A DNA stretch of 64,000 nt from an uncultured Verrucomicrobiae bacterium (GTDB taxonomy: Bacteria; Verrucomicrobiota; Verrucomicrobiia; Chthoniobacterales; UBA10450): NCBI GenBank assembly GCA_963815455.1, contig CAWFGO010000003.1, positions 576,001-640,000 of the forward strand, in the 5' to 3' direction. Made by a program: the position numbers and the translations under genes. Under the pieces are notes generated by a model. It did no database searches, had not been told where the DNA came from, and saw only the letters and a list, made by a program, of their open reading frames with translations. Positions 43,168-54,469 of the stretch are shown here, in pieces (the first letter of the stretch is position 1; every line of letters starts with the position of its first letter).

Positions 43168-43863
43168 GTGAACAGTATCTCAGCTTTTTACCATTCCTCG
43201 ATCGGGAAAAAGATGATCGTTGCGATCACCGGGATCATTTTGATTCTGTTCGTGATCGGCCATCTGCTGGGCAACCTGCAAATCTTTCTCGGACCTGATT
43301 GGATCAACGGCTACTCGCAACACCTGCGCGATCTGGGTCCCTTGCTCTGGGCGGTTCGCGCGTTTCTTTTGGCCACCGTCCTGATCCATATCTACGTGAC
43401 GATCCGGCTGGCGATCGACAATCGCCGGGCCCGTCCGGAGTCGTACAAGGACAAGCACCACGTGAAAGCCACCTTCGCGTCGCGGCATATGGTGATGAGC
43501 GGACTGATCGTGCTCGCTTTCATCATTTATCACCTGGCCCACTTCACCGTCCGCGTAACCGATTCGCGGTTTGCTTTGCTCAAGGCCGACCCACTCGGTC
43601 ATTACGACGTTTATTCAATGATGGTTTACGGCTTCCAAAATTATTACGTCTCGGCGTTCTATGTTCTGGGACTCTTCTTGCTCGCCCTGCATCTGAGCCA
43701 CGGTTCGTCCAGCTTTTTTCAATCGCTCGGGCTTAACGACCAAAAACTCGCGCCGCGTTTTGCTTTGATCGGTCGCATCTTTGCCTGGCTGCTTTTTATC
43801 GGCTACACCTCGATCCCGGTCGCGATCCTGCTCGGATTCATCAAGCCGGCGCAACAGTTATAG
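43168..43863 (+). CDS. sdhC: Succinate dehydrogenase/fumarate reductase cytochrome b subunit
   Basis: SSIGKK..AITG, HLLGNL, 5 TM segments with His ligands. Confidence 0.93.
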   Translation: MNSISAFYHSSIGKKMIVAITGIILILFVIGHLLGNLQIFLGPDWINGYSQHLRDLGPLLWAVRAFLLATVLIHIYVTIRLAIDNRRARPESYKDKHHVKATFASRHMVMSGLIVLAFIIYHLAHFTVRVTDSRFALLKADPLGHYDVYSMMVYGFQNYYVSAFYVLGLFLLALHLSHGSSSFFQSLGLNDQKLAPRFALIGRIFAWLLFIGYTSIPVAILLGFIKPAQQL

Positions 43864-43870
43864 GCAGGAC

Positions 43871-44364
43871 AATTCGAAATCCGAATATCGAATCTCTAAA
43901 CAAATTTAAATACCAAATCCAAAAACAATGGAAAACAATGTCGAATAGCGACAATTCAAAGCCCTACGACCTCGAGGAGCGCACTTTCCAATTTGCAAGG
44001 ACCAGTCGGGCGTTTGTGAAACAATTGCCGCGAACAATCTCAAATATTGAAGACGTTAAGCAGTTCATTCGCGCGTCCGGCTCTGTCGGCGCGAACTACA
44101 TCGAGGCGAACGAAGCTATTGGGAAAAAAGATTTCGTGATGAAATCAAGATCTGCCGGCGAGAAGCGAAAGAAAGCCGCTATTGGCTTGGCTTGATCGAG
44201 ATAAATGAAAAACTCGGAACGGAACATGTGCGGCTCATGAACGAAGCCAATGAGCTAATGAAAATCTTTGGCGCAATCGTACGTAAATCGGAATAATGAG
44301 ATTTCCTTCTCCTTTTGAATTTTCTGACGTTTGTTTCGGATTTCGGGATTCGGATTTCGTATTT
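43871..44364 (+). other. Inverted-repeat-enclosed four-helix-bundle unit 1
   Basis: Left arm AATTCGAAATCCGAATATCGAATCTCTAAACAAA pairs with right arm TTTGTTTCGGATTTCGGGATTCGGATTTCGTATTT. Confidence 0.8.
43938..44296 (+). CDS. Four-helix-bundle protein (TIGR02436 / 23S rRNA IVP-like), one frameshift near 44142
   Basis: YDLEERTFQF, Q.IRASGSVGANYIEA, then ICRREAKESRYWL in the next frame. Confidence 0.88.
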
Positions 44365-44375
44365 TCTTACTCCGT

Positions 44376-46306
44376 ATGATTGGAACCCTGGACGCCAAAA
44401 TTCCTTCCGGGCCGCTCGACCGGAAATGGCAGAGTCATCGGGATCATTCCCGGCTCATTAGTCCAAATAATCGGCGCAAATTTGAGATCATCATCGTGGG
44501 ATCGGGGCTGGCCGGCGGCTCGGCGGCGGCAACTCTGGGCGAGCTCGGTTATCGGGTAAAATGTTTTTGTTACCAGGACTCGCCGCGTCGGGCCCATTCG
44601 ATCGCGGCGCAAGGCGGGATCAATGCCGCGAAAAATTATCAGAACGATGGCGACAGCGTTTACCGATTGTTTTACGACACGATCAAGGGCGGCGATTTCC
44701 GTTCCCGGGAAGCGAATGTTTACCGGCTGGCGGAAGTCAGTGCGAACATCATCGACCAATGCGTGGCGCAAGGCGTGCCTTTCGCGCGTGAATACAGCGG
44801 CTATTTGGCAAACCGATCGTTCGGCGGCGCCCAGGTTTCGCGAACATTTTACGCGCGCGGCCAAACCGGCCAACAACTCTTGCTTGGCTGTTATCAGGCG
44901 CTGTGCCGCCAGATCGCTGCCGGCACAGTGCAAATGTTTCCGCAAACTGAGATGCTCGACGTGGTCGTTGTCGATGGTCACGCCAAAGGAATCATCACCC
45001 GCGATCTGCGCACTGGTAAGATCGACATGTGCGCCGCTGACGCTGTCGTGCTGGCCACCGGCGGTTACGGAAATGTTTTCTTTCTTTCAACCAACGCCCG
45101 CGGGTGCAACGTCACCGCCACCTATCGCGCCTACAAAAAAGGCGCGCTGTTTGCCAACCCCTGCTTCACCCAGATCCATCCGACCTGCATCCCTCAAGCC
45201 GGCGATTATCAATCGAAGCTCACCTTGATGTCCGAATCGCTCCGCAACGACGGGCGGGTCTGGGTACCGAAACGAAAGGAAGATTGCGCGAAATCGCCAA
45301 ATCAAATTCCCGAGGCGGACCGCGATTATTATCTGGAACGGAAATATCCGAGCTACGGGAATCTCTCGCCCCGCGATATTTCATCGCGCGCGGCCAAGGA
45401 AGTTTGCGATGAAGGCCGCGGCGTCGGGCCCGGCGGTCGCGGCGTTTATCTGGATTTTGCCGATGCCATCAAAAGGCTTGGCGAAGAAACCATCAGAGAG
45501 CGCTACGGAAATCTGTTCGAGATTTACGAAAAGATCACCGGCGAGAATGCCTACAAAGTGCCGATGCGAATTTATCCCGCGGTGCATTACACCATGGGCG
45601 GGCTCTGGGTGGATTACAATTTGATGAGCAATTTGCCCGGGCTGTTCGTGATCGGCGAAGCGAACTTTTCCGATCACGGCGCGAACCGGCTCGGGGCCAG
45701 TGCGTTGATGCAAGGCTTGGCCGACGGCTATTTCGTTCTGCCATACACCTTGCCGAATTACCTGGCCGGCCAGGTGGGCAAGCGACCTTCCCGGAAAATC
45801 CCGAATTCAAAAAGGCGGAGGCCGATGTTCTCGCGAAGATCGACAATCTTCTCAAAATAAATGGCAAGCGATCGCTCGATTCGTTTCACCGCGAGCTGGG
45901 CATCCTGCTGTGGGATAAATGCGGGATGGCGCGAAATGCAAAAGGATTACGGGAAGCGCTAAAAACAATTCCCGAATTGCGGGAAGCGTTTTGGCGCGAC
46001 GTGCGCGTGCCCGGCCAGAACGAAGATTTCAATCAATCGCTGGAGCGCGCCGGACGCGTCGCCGATTTTCTCGAGTTCGCCGAGCTGATGTGCACCGACG
46101 CGCTGGCCCGGGACGAATCATGCGGCGCGCATTTTCGCGAAGAACATCAAACGCCCGAGGGCGAAGCGCTGCGCGACGACGAAAATTTCGCCGACGTGTT
46201 CGCCTGGGAATTTCAAGGGGCCAACGGCGCAATCGTGCCGCCAAAACTGCATCGCGAGCCGTTGCATTTTGAAACGGTGCATTTAACGCAGAGGAGCTAT
46301 AAGTGA
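44376..46306 (+). CDS. sdhA: Succinate dehydrogenase/fumarate reductase flavoprotein, frameshift near 45790
   Basis: [37 protein letters not shown] and ESCGAHFR. Confidence 0.95.
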
Positions 46307-46760
46307 AGTTGAGAGTCCTTAGTTGAGAGTTGAGAGACAAAACAAACCCAGGAGCGAATATGTTTAACTTCGAAAAACTCGATGTTTGGCAAAAAGCGAT
46401 CGAATTCGCTGACCTTGTTTACAATCATACTAAGACGTTCCCGCCAGAGGAGCGATTTGGCTTAACCAATCAGCTTCGACGGGCTGCGATCTCCATCTCA
46501 TCAAATATCGCGGAAGGTTCATCACGAAGTTCTAAAGCGGATTTCTCACGCTTCATTGAAATCGCGACAGGCTCCGTATTCGAAGTCACGTCGCAAGCCT
46601 TCATAGCACAACGGCAGGAGTTTCTAAACGACACTAGCTTTCAACAGATTTACAACGGTGCGGAAGAACTCAGTCGAATGCGGAGCGGCCTACGCAAATC
46701 GCTCTTGACCGGTTAACTCGCGATGTGGCGCTTCCGACTCTCAACTCTCAACTCTCAACT
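46307..46760 (+). other. Inverted-repeat-enclosed four-helix-bundle unit 2
   Basis: AGTTGAG heptamers start right after the sdhA stop; CTCAACT heptamers end right before the sdhB ATG. Confidence 0.85.
46360..46716 (+). CDS. Four-helix-bundle protein (23S rRNA IVP-like)
   Basis: FEKLDVWQKA, FPPEERFGLTNQLRRAAISISSNIAEG and IATGSVFE. Confidence 0.93.
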   Translation: MFNFEKLDVWQKAIEFADLVYNHTKTFPPEERFGLTNQLRRAAISISSNIAEGSSRSSKADFSRFIEIATGSVFEVTSQAFIAQRQEFLNDTSFQQIYNGAEELSRMRSGLRKSLLTG

Positions 46761-47516
46761 ATGAACTTTCGGCTGAAGATTTGGCGGCAGAAAAGTCGGC
46801 AGACGAAAGGCAAGCTCGTCGCCTACGACGCTCCCGACATTTCACCAAACGCTTCGGTTCTCGAAATGCTCGATATCGTTAACGAGCGGCTATTGCTCCG
46901 AGGCGAGGAGCCGATTGCGTTCGATTCGGATTGCCGCGAGGGAATTTGCGGCACGTGCAGTCTTTCCATCAACGGCGAGGCCCACGGCCCGGATCATCCC
47001 GGCGCGGCTTGCGAGCTTTACATGAGGCAATTTCGCGACGGCGCAAAGATCATCATTGAGCCGTTTCGAGTAAAGTCTTTCCCGGTTGTGAAGGATTTGG
47101 TTGTCGATCGAAGTGCGCTCGATCGGATTGTGCAGGCCGGCGGTTTCATTTCCGCGCGGGCCGGTTCCGCGCCGGAAGCGAATTCAATTCTCGTTCCCAA
47201 GCACGACTCCGATCTGGCCATGGAAGCAGCAGCCTGCATCGGTTGCGGCGCGTGCGCGGCGGCCTGCCCGAACGCTTCGGCCATGCTTTTCACCGCAGCG
47301 AAAGTTTCCCATCTTGCCCTTCTGCCGCAGGGAGGGCCGGAACGGGAAAGCCGGGCTGCGAAAATGGTGCGGGCGATGGACGCCGAAGGTTTCGGCAATT
47401 GCACGAATACCTATGAATGCGAAGCCGTTTGCCCGGCCGAGATCAGCGTCAGTTTCATCGCCAGGCTCAATCGGGAATACGCGCGGTCAAATTTTCGCAG
47501 AAGCGTGGGCGAGTAG
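46761..47516 (+). CDS. sdhB: Succinate dehydrogenase/fumarate reductase Fe-S subunit
   Basis: CREGICGTC, CIGCGACAAACP and CEAVCP. Confidence 0.95.
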   Translation: MNFRLKIWRQKSRQTKGKLVAYDAPDISPNASVLEMLDIVNERLLLRGEEPIAFDSDCREGICGTCSLSINGEAHGPDHPGAACELYMRQFRDGAKIIIEPFRVKSFPVVKDLVVDRSALDRIVQAGGFISARAGSAPEANSILVPKHDSDLAMEAAACIGCGACAAACPNASAMLFTAAKVSHLALLPQGGPERESRAAKMVRAMDAEGFGNCTNTYECEAVCPAEISVSFIARLNREYARSNFRRSVGE

Positions 47517-47517
47517 G

Positions 47518-47671
47518 CTGGGGAGCGCAGGCTGCTAGCCTGCAGTTGCCGGCAGCTTGCCGGCAACATTTGGAGACAGAGATAGCAAAAACACGCAGGG
47601 CGAGATCCGTACCCAGTGATGCATCTCGGCAAGCTGCCGAGATGGACAGGCTGGCAGCCTGTGCTCCCCAG
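47518..47671. repeat. REP-like inverted doublet
   Basis: CTGGGGAGCGCAGGCTG...CAGCCTGTGCTCCCCAG. Confidence 0.88.
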
Positions 47672-47673
47672 AA

Positions 47674-48508
47674 TCAGATCGTTTCACACCCGCAGGTCCA
47701 CAATTCCGGGTCGAGCTCGGCCTTTGCGCGCCTGGCTACACCATCGACATCTGCTTTTGACCGCATCACGGCAAACATGGTCGATCCCGAGCCGGACATC
47801 AATGCCGCGCCAACTTCCGGTTGCTTGAGCAACCACATCTTCATTTGGGCGAGAAAAACAAATTTCTCGAAGACTGGACGTTCCAGATCGTTCACGAAAA
47901 TGTGATTCGAGAATTCTTGCGGTCCGTAATTCATTTCCGGAATCTCCTGCGAATTCTGCCAGCGTTCATAGGCCCATGCGGTCGGGACGCCAAATTCGGG
48001 CTTCAACAACAGGATCGACAATCGCTCGGGCAGTTTTATCGGCGTGACCAGTTCTCCGCGTCCTTTGCAGATCGCCGCCGATTGAAAAATGAAAAATGAA
48101 ACGTCTGAGCCGATCGATTCGGCCATTTTAGCAAGCGCTTCGCGCGGCAGTTTCGTTTCGAACAATTCGTCGAGCGCGATTAACGTCGAAGCTGCATCAC
48201 TGCTTCCCCCGCCCAGACCCGCGCCATGCGGAATTTTCTTTTTGAGTTTGATTGAAATGCCGCCTTTACGCTTTCGTTGATTCAAAGAAAGTCTTTGCCG
48301 CGCGCACCACCAAATTGTCGTCGCCATGTCGGGACACCGAGGATCATCGCATTGGAAATCGATCCATCCTCGATCTGTTTCTCGATCTCGATCTCATCGG
48401 AGAGCGAAATCGGCGTGATAAGTGTTTCAATCTCATGAAAGCCATCGCTGCGACTGCCCAGGACGCTCAGGGAAAGATTGATTTTCGCGGGAGCGAAGAC
48501 GCTTGCAT
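47674..48508 (-). CDS. ispE: CDP-ME kinase, N-terminal part frameshifted
   Basis: FAPAKINLSL, IPHGAGLGGGSSDAA and MSGSGS. Confidence 0.9.
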
Positions 48509-48511
48509 ATT

Positions 48512-48592
48512 GTCATGTCGAGCGAAGTCGAGAAATCCCGTGTTGCCAGTTAAAGTGACGCAGCGGGATTTCTCGACTTTGCTCGGAATGAC
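48512..48592. repeat. GTCAT...ATGAC palindromic element between divergent ispE and pyrF
   Basis: GTCATGTCGAGCGAAGTCGAGAAATCCC...GGGATTTCTCGACTTTGCTCGGAATGAC. Confidence 0.88.
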
Positions 48593-49276
48593 AACTGACA
48601 AAATCATCGTCGCGCTGGACGTCGCGACAAAAAAGGAAGCGCTCGGCCTGGTAGAGCAATTGGGCGCCAAATTTCCTTTTTCAAGATCGGTCTCCAACTT
48701 TACACAGCGGAAGGTCCCGGGAATCGTGCACGCGCCGTTCGAGATGCAGGCGCGAGAGTTTTCCTCGATCTTAAGCTGCACGACATCCCAAATACAGTTG
48801 CGGGCGCCGATCGAATCTGCGGCACCCTGGATGTGCAGATGCTGACCATTCATTTGATCGGTGGAAGCGAAATGATTCGGGCCGCAGCGGGTGCACGATC
48901 AAGGCGACTGTCTTTGCTTGGCGTCACCGTTTTAACGAGCATGGATGGCGACGACACTCGCGAAGCTGGCGTTCCCGACAAGATCGACAATCAGGTATTG
49001 CGTTTGGCAAAACTCGGGATGGAAAACGGAATCGACGGTATTGTGACAAGCCCGACACGAAATCAAGATGCTCCGCGCAGAATTTGGCGGACAAGATCAA
49101 GATTGTAGTGCCCGGGAATTCGGCCGAGCTGGTCGAAACCAGGCGATCAAAAGCGCGCCATGACTCCGCGCGAAGCACTCGAGGCCGGAGCGGATTATCT
49201 TGTGATCGGCCGGCCAATCACGGCGCATGCGAATCCGCCCGAAGCAGTGGCGAAGATCATCAAAGAGATGGAGTAA
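48588..49276 (+). CDS. pyrF: OMP decarboxylase, multiple frameshifts
   Basis: [27 protein letters not shown] and VIGRPIT across frames. Confidence 0.9.
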
Positions 49277-49299
49277 GAGATTTCTTCGCTTCGCTCGGA

Positions 49300-50018
49300 A
49301 TGACGAACGCTTTTCGCGACGCTTGCGGTTTATCACGACTACGGATTGCGCTCGGCGGCGATGAACATGGCCATCGACGAGGCATTGCTCGAAACTGCGC
49401 AAATTCCCTCGATTCGATTTTATCGCTGGGATCATCCTGCTCTGTCATTTGGATATTTCGGCGAAATTCGCGGAAGTCGCGCCTTACGCTTCTCCAGCGC
49501 GAATCTCGTCCGGCGTTGGACCGGTGGCGGGATTGTTTTTCATGGAGAAGATTTGACTTATTCGATCGTAATTCCAGCCAATGATCCGACGTTTTGCGAG
49601 TCATCGATGTCGATCTACGAAAGTGTTCATCGCGCTTTGTGCAGATGTGCTGAATGATAACGGCGACCGCGCAGGTTGTGGCCGGGGGCGTTCGGAGGGA
49701 CGGCCCGGCGCCAGGACACGAGCCGCTGTCAGCGCCAAGCGGCTATCGGTAATTGTTTTACAAATCCGGTGCGCGCGGACGTGATGTTGAATGGACGCAA
49801 AATCGCCGGGGCGGCGCAACGCCGGACAAAACGCGGGTTGCTTCAACAAGGCAGCATCCAGTATCGTCGATCCTGAAACGGGTTGGCTGAGCGATTTGCT
49901 CAAGCGCTTTCGCCCGGATCGCCGCGAGCGAAGGATCGACAATTGCACCGATGTCGAACGCGCACAAGAACTCGCCCGGCATAAATACGGTGCAGAATCG
50001 TGGCTCCGTAGGCGATAA
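49300..50018 (+). CDS. Lipoate-protein ligase A family, frameshifted
   Basis: NMAIDEALL, VRRWTGGG and GRKIAGAAQRR. Confidence 0.85.
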
Positions 50019-50066
50019 CGCCGGTCAATTTTTCTCGAATTTGTTTGCCTGTTGTTTTGACAACAT

Positions 50067-51125
50067 GTGAGCCGCCCCTCTATTCTCGGGTTGTGGAAGT
50101 ATTCGCATTCGTCTGGCGCGGTGGGAGCTGCTTTTTCTTCGGGCCACTGGCTCATGTGGCGGAATTGGTGCGCCCGCATCTCGAAGAGGTGGAAAAGCGA
50201 ATCGCCGAGCAAGCAGCGGACGTTCGATCCGGCGCTGGAGGGATATGTCGTTTATGCTGTCGGTAGCCGCGGGAAAAGGCTCCGGCCACTGCTCGCTTTG
50301 CTGGCGGGCGGCGCGAGCGGGGCGGTCAAATCGGGACATGTCGATCTTGCCGTGATCGTCGAGCTCATTCACATCGCCACGCTGGTGCATGACGATATCA
50401 TGGACGAAGCGGAACGCCGGCGCGCCCAGCCGACAGTCAACGCGCGCTGGGGAAATTCGCTCAGCGTTTTGCTGGGCGATTGCCTTTTCGCTCACGCCCT
50501 GACTTTATCGACGAATTTCGAAAACGCAGATATCAGCCGAGCGATCGCGCGCACCGCGGCGACAGTTTGCTCGGGCGAGATGATCCAAACCCAGCGCCGG
50601 TTCGATCTGAAGCTCGGGCGTGGAGGAATATTTCCGGATTGTCGCAAATGAAAACCGGCTCGCTCTTTGCCGCCGCAGCGGAATTGGCGGCGGTCATCAG
50701 CGAGGCCGATTCGACTGTGATCGAAACACTTCAGAAATTTCGGGAACGCGGATCGGGACCGCCTACCAAATTTACGATGATTGCCTCGATCTCGCCGGAA
50801 CAGAGAGCGCCACCGGCAAGACCCTCGGAACTGATCTGCGCAAAGGCAAGTTCACGCTGCCGGTCCTGATTTTCCTGCGCTCGGCATCGGAGTTTGAGCG
50901 GGAACGTTGTTGCCAGCTCGTGCTCGAAGAAAAAATCGAGGAGATGACCGAGCTATTGAAAAATGGCGCGACTAACGGCGCGCTCAACGAGTCAATCGAC
51001 GCCGGAAGCGATTTGATTCGGAGGCGCAAGGCGCGCTGGATCGAATCGCCGCAAATCCCTATGCAGACGCGCTTTTTGCCCTCGGTGACGCCTTGCGCGA
51101 AATGTTCGATCAACTTCGCGTCTAG
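50067..51125 (+). CDS. Polyprenyl diphosphate synthase, frameshifted
   Basis: GKRLRP, LVHDDIMD, KTGSLF and YQIYDDCLD. Confidence 0.9.
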
Positions 51126-51826
51126 ATGTCGCAGCTCAAGATCCGCGAGATGCCGCAGGGAGAGCGGCCGCGCGAAAAACTTGCGTCTCGCGGCGCATCG
51201 GCGTTAACGGATTCGGAGCTGATTGCGATTTTGTTACGCACCGGAATTCCCGGCGCCAACGCGATCGAAGATCGCGCGCAGATTGTTGGAACAATACGGC
51301 ACATGGAATCGGCTGAGCCGGTGCAGCGTTCACGACTTGGCAGCTATTCCCGGGATCGGTTTCGCAAAAGCGACTCAACTCGTTGCCGCGTTTGAAATCG
51401 GTCAGCGCCTGGCTCGCGAGAAGTTATCGAAGCAGAAAATCGATTCTCCGGAATTGGTTAACGACTTGCTCGGGCCCGAAATGCGCCGGCTAAGCAAGGA
51501 ATCGTTGCGCGTGATTCTGCTCGATACGCGTTATCATTTGATTCGAACCGAGGAAGTTTCCGTCGGCAGTGTGAACGAAAGCATCGCCCATCCACGCGAC
51601 GTTTTTCGGCCCGCGGTCGTTTCCTCGGCCTACGCCGTGATAGTCGTGCACAACCATCCATCGGGGGATGCTTCGCCCAGCCAAACCGATCACAGCCTGA
51701 CCCGTCGCCTGGCCGAAGCTGCCGAACTTATTGCAAATCAAGCTGCTCGATCACGTCATCATCGGCGCACCCGGCAGAAGGCAGTCCCGGTTATTTCAGT
51801 TTCAAGGAAGCAGGCGTTTCTAGTAA
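51126..51826 (+). CDS. radC: RadC/JAB domain protein, frameshifted
   Basis: ERPREKL, ELIAILLRTG and HNHPSGD. Confidence 0.9.
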
Positions 51827-51863
51827 ATTCGAAATCCGAATATCGAAATTCGAAAACAGATGA

Positions 51864-52664
51864 GTGACCACAAAAATTCATCCCACGGCGATTATCGATC
51901 CTGGCGCGCAAATCGGAACTGATGTTGAGATCGGTCCGTTTTCGGTGATCGGACCGGAAGTGGTGATCGGAGACAAGACGATTATACAATCGCACGTCGT
52001 GATTGAGAAAGTGTGACAATCGGCTCCGGAAATTTTATCGGGCATGGCGCAATCATCGGCGCGGCGCCGCAGGACCTTTCGTTTTCACCGGAGCGAAGAA
52101 CGAGGGTCGAGATCGGAAACGACAATATCATTCGCGAATACTGCACGATACATCGTGGCAGCGCCGAGAGCAGCGCGACGAAGATCGGCGACAAGAATTT
52201 CCTGATGGCGGGCGCGCATGTCGGTCACAATTGCGAGATCGGAAGCAACGTCATCATCGCGAACAATTGTTTGCTCGGCGGGCACGTGCGCGTGGATGAA
52301 GGAGCGTTCCTCGGCGGTGGCTCGTCATTTCATCAGCTCATGCACGTCGGACGGCTGGTGATCGCGCAGGGCGGATCGGCTTTCAGCAAAGACATTCCCG
52401 CCGTTTGTGATAGCGGCAGAACGCAATGATGTTTTCGGAATAAATGTGATTGGTCTGCGTCGCGCCGGTTTTAGCGCCCAGGATCGAGATGAAATCAAAG
52501 CGGCATTCAAATTGATTTACTCGAGCGGACTGAACGTCGCCCAGGCCCTGGAGAAAGCGGGAGCGATGAAACTCGGCGCGGCTGCGCGCGAGTTTTTCGA
52601 ATTCGTTGCGCATGCAAAGAAACGCGGCATTTGCCCGATCAAGCGCGGCCCGGCCGAGGCCTAA
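51864..52664 (+). CDS. lpxA: UDP-GlcNAc O-acyltransferase, frameshifted
   Basis: [25 protein letters not shown] and [12 protein letters not shown]. Confidence 0.9.
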
Positions 52665-52752
52665 AGTAGCCATCATCATCGGCGCTTGAAAGGCGCGGGC
52701 GGCTATGCATTCTTGGTTGAAGCTTGCCCCGGGAGGCGAGCCAGGCCGCCCA

Positions 52753-53691
52753 ATGAACAGCAGCCCCATCATCGTGGATCGGGTAACAACCGATTCGAAA
52801 GTTTTCGCCTACAGCCGCTGGGATGCCATTCCGGTCGCGGCTGGTCTGCTCCATTTCGCCTATTTTTTGGGAATGTTTTATCTTTTTCCGCGAGCGCCGC
52901 TGTGGGTCATGCTCGTTTTGGGCTTTATCTATTCGGTGAGCATTTCCTGGAACATCAATGGGATTTCTCACAACTTCATTCACAATCCCTATTTCCGATC
53001 CCCGTTGTTGAATCGTCTCTTTAGCATTCTCGAATCCGTGACGGTCGGTTTTAGCCAGGTTTTTTATGAGTGCATCCATATGCAACATCACAAAGGCAAT
53101 GCCGACCGGCCTGATGAAAACGGTGAGACCATCGATTGGATCTCGATCTACAAACATGGCGACGATGGAGAAGCCGAGCACCCGTTGAAATACACGTTCC
53201 TCAGTTTCTTCCGGGAAGATCCAAAGACGGTGTTCAAAGAATTGAAGCGCAAAAATCCGTGGGAAGCGTTCTGGGGCGTGCTCGAGCTCACCCTTTTTGT
53301 TGGCACCTTCGTCCTTCTGGGGTTTCTCAACTGGCGCTACATCGCTTTCTTAATTCCCTTCTATTATCTGGGGCACAGCCTTTCTTACCTCAACGGCTAC
53401 TATCGTCATTACGGCGGGAATCCGGATCAACCTCTGGCTTGGGGAGTGAGCAGTTACGACAAACTTTACAATTGGATCTGGTTTTATAACGGCTACCACG
53501 CCGAACATCATTTCCGCCCGAAGGTTCATTGGACCCGGATGGAGGCTTTTCGCGATCAGATCGCCGAGCAACAACGCGCCGCCGGAGTCCGCGTGATCAA
53601 GCCACCGCACGCACTCGGTTTTCTCGATCCCGACCTGCCTCCGCATGCGCGAGCCAGATCGAGCGGCGACGCCGAACCAAGCCTGGGCTAA
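52753..53691 (+). CDS. Membrane fatty-acid desaturase family protein
   Basis: His boxes HNFIH, HMQHH and HAEHH. Confidence 0.88.
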   Translation: MNSSPIIVDRVTTDSKVFAYSRWDAIPVAAGLLHFAYFLGMFYLFPRAPLWVMLVLGFIYSVSISWNINGISHNFIHNPYFRSPLLNRLFSILESVTVGFSQVFYECIHMQHHKGNADRPDENGETIDWISIYKHGDDGEAEHPLKYTFLSFFREDPKTVFKELKRKNPWEAFWGVLELTLFVGTFVLLGFLNWRYIAFLIPFYYLGHSLSYLNGYYRHYGGNPDQPLAWGVSSYDKLYNWIWFYNGYHAEHHFRPKVHWTRMEAFRDQIAEQQRAAGVRVIKPPHALGFLDPDLPPHARARSSGDAEPSLG

Positions 53692-53718
53692 GCTTCGACC
53701 CGCGGCCGGCGACGCGAT

Positions 53719-54390
53719 TCACTCCAATCCAAGAATCGCCAGCATCCGGCCGGTTTTCCCCTTCTCGATGCGGTAGGAATAGTAGCGCTCCAAATCACAG
53801 GCGGTGCAGGCCCCGCTGTCGTGAACTTCCTTCACACCGGCAGATCGACATTGCCGGACAATTTCCGCCGCGAAATCGATCTCGTAATGCGGCGGACGAA
53901 TGCAAGGACTGAGCTGGACGATCATGTCGGCGGGACTCGACCCAAATTTCTCTTTCATTTGCTCGATCGCCTTGGCCGCAATCGCCTGGGCCGTTCCTTT
54001 CTTGCCGGAATGAACGAGGCCGATCGCGGGCGTTTTAGGATCGACAATGTAAACCGCGCAACAATCGGCGACATGAATGCCGAGGAGGATGCCGGGCCGA
54101 TTTGTAATCATTCCGTCGCAGCCGATTCCAAATTCGTGTGGCATATGCAACATGGAATTGGAATCCACGACTGCCAACCGATTCCCGTGAATTTGCTCGA
54201 CTGTGAGCAACGGCCAGTCGGCGAGGCCGAGTTGACGTCGGATGCCTTGATGCGCGGCTTCGAGCCGTCTTAACACTTTCGCTTTTTCGTGCGAAGCATC
54301 AATGCCGGCGATACGTGTAATGAACGCGCTGCGGCAAACGCCGGTCGCTTCCAGCGCGGGAAAATATTCAATCGGTTCTTGCTTTGTCAC
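53719..54390 (-). CDS. pgeF: YfiH/PgeF laccase-domain protein
   Basis: QIHG, ADC, HSGKKG, CTAC and YSYR..TGRM. Confidence 0.85.
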   Translation of the reverse strand: MTKQEPIEYFPALEATGVCRSAFITRIAGIDASHEKAKVLRRLEAAHQGIRRQLGLADWPLLTVEQIHGNRLAVVDSNSMLHMPHEFGIGCDGMITNRPGILLGIHVADCCAVYIVDPKTPAIGLVHSGKKGTAQAIAAKAIEQMKEKFGSSPADMIVQLSPCIRPPHYEIDFAAEIVRQCRSAGVKEVHDSGACTACDLERYYSYRIEKGKTGRMLAILGLE

Positions 54391-54469
54391 CTGGAACTCA
54401 CCGTTGCCGCAAAAAATCTCAAAGGCCGCAAACGCGGCATCTGAAGGCTTCGCGCCCAGAGTTGAACTC

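Noticed and set aside
43938..46716. Diversity-generating retroelement suggested by Avd-like proteins
   Set aside because: No reverse transcriptase and no template/variable repeat pair seen
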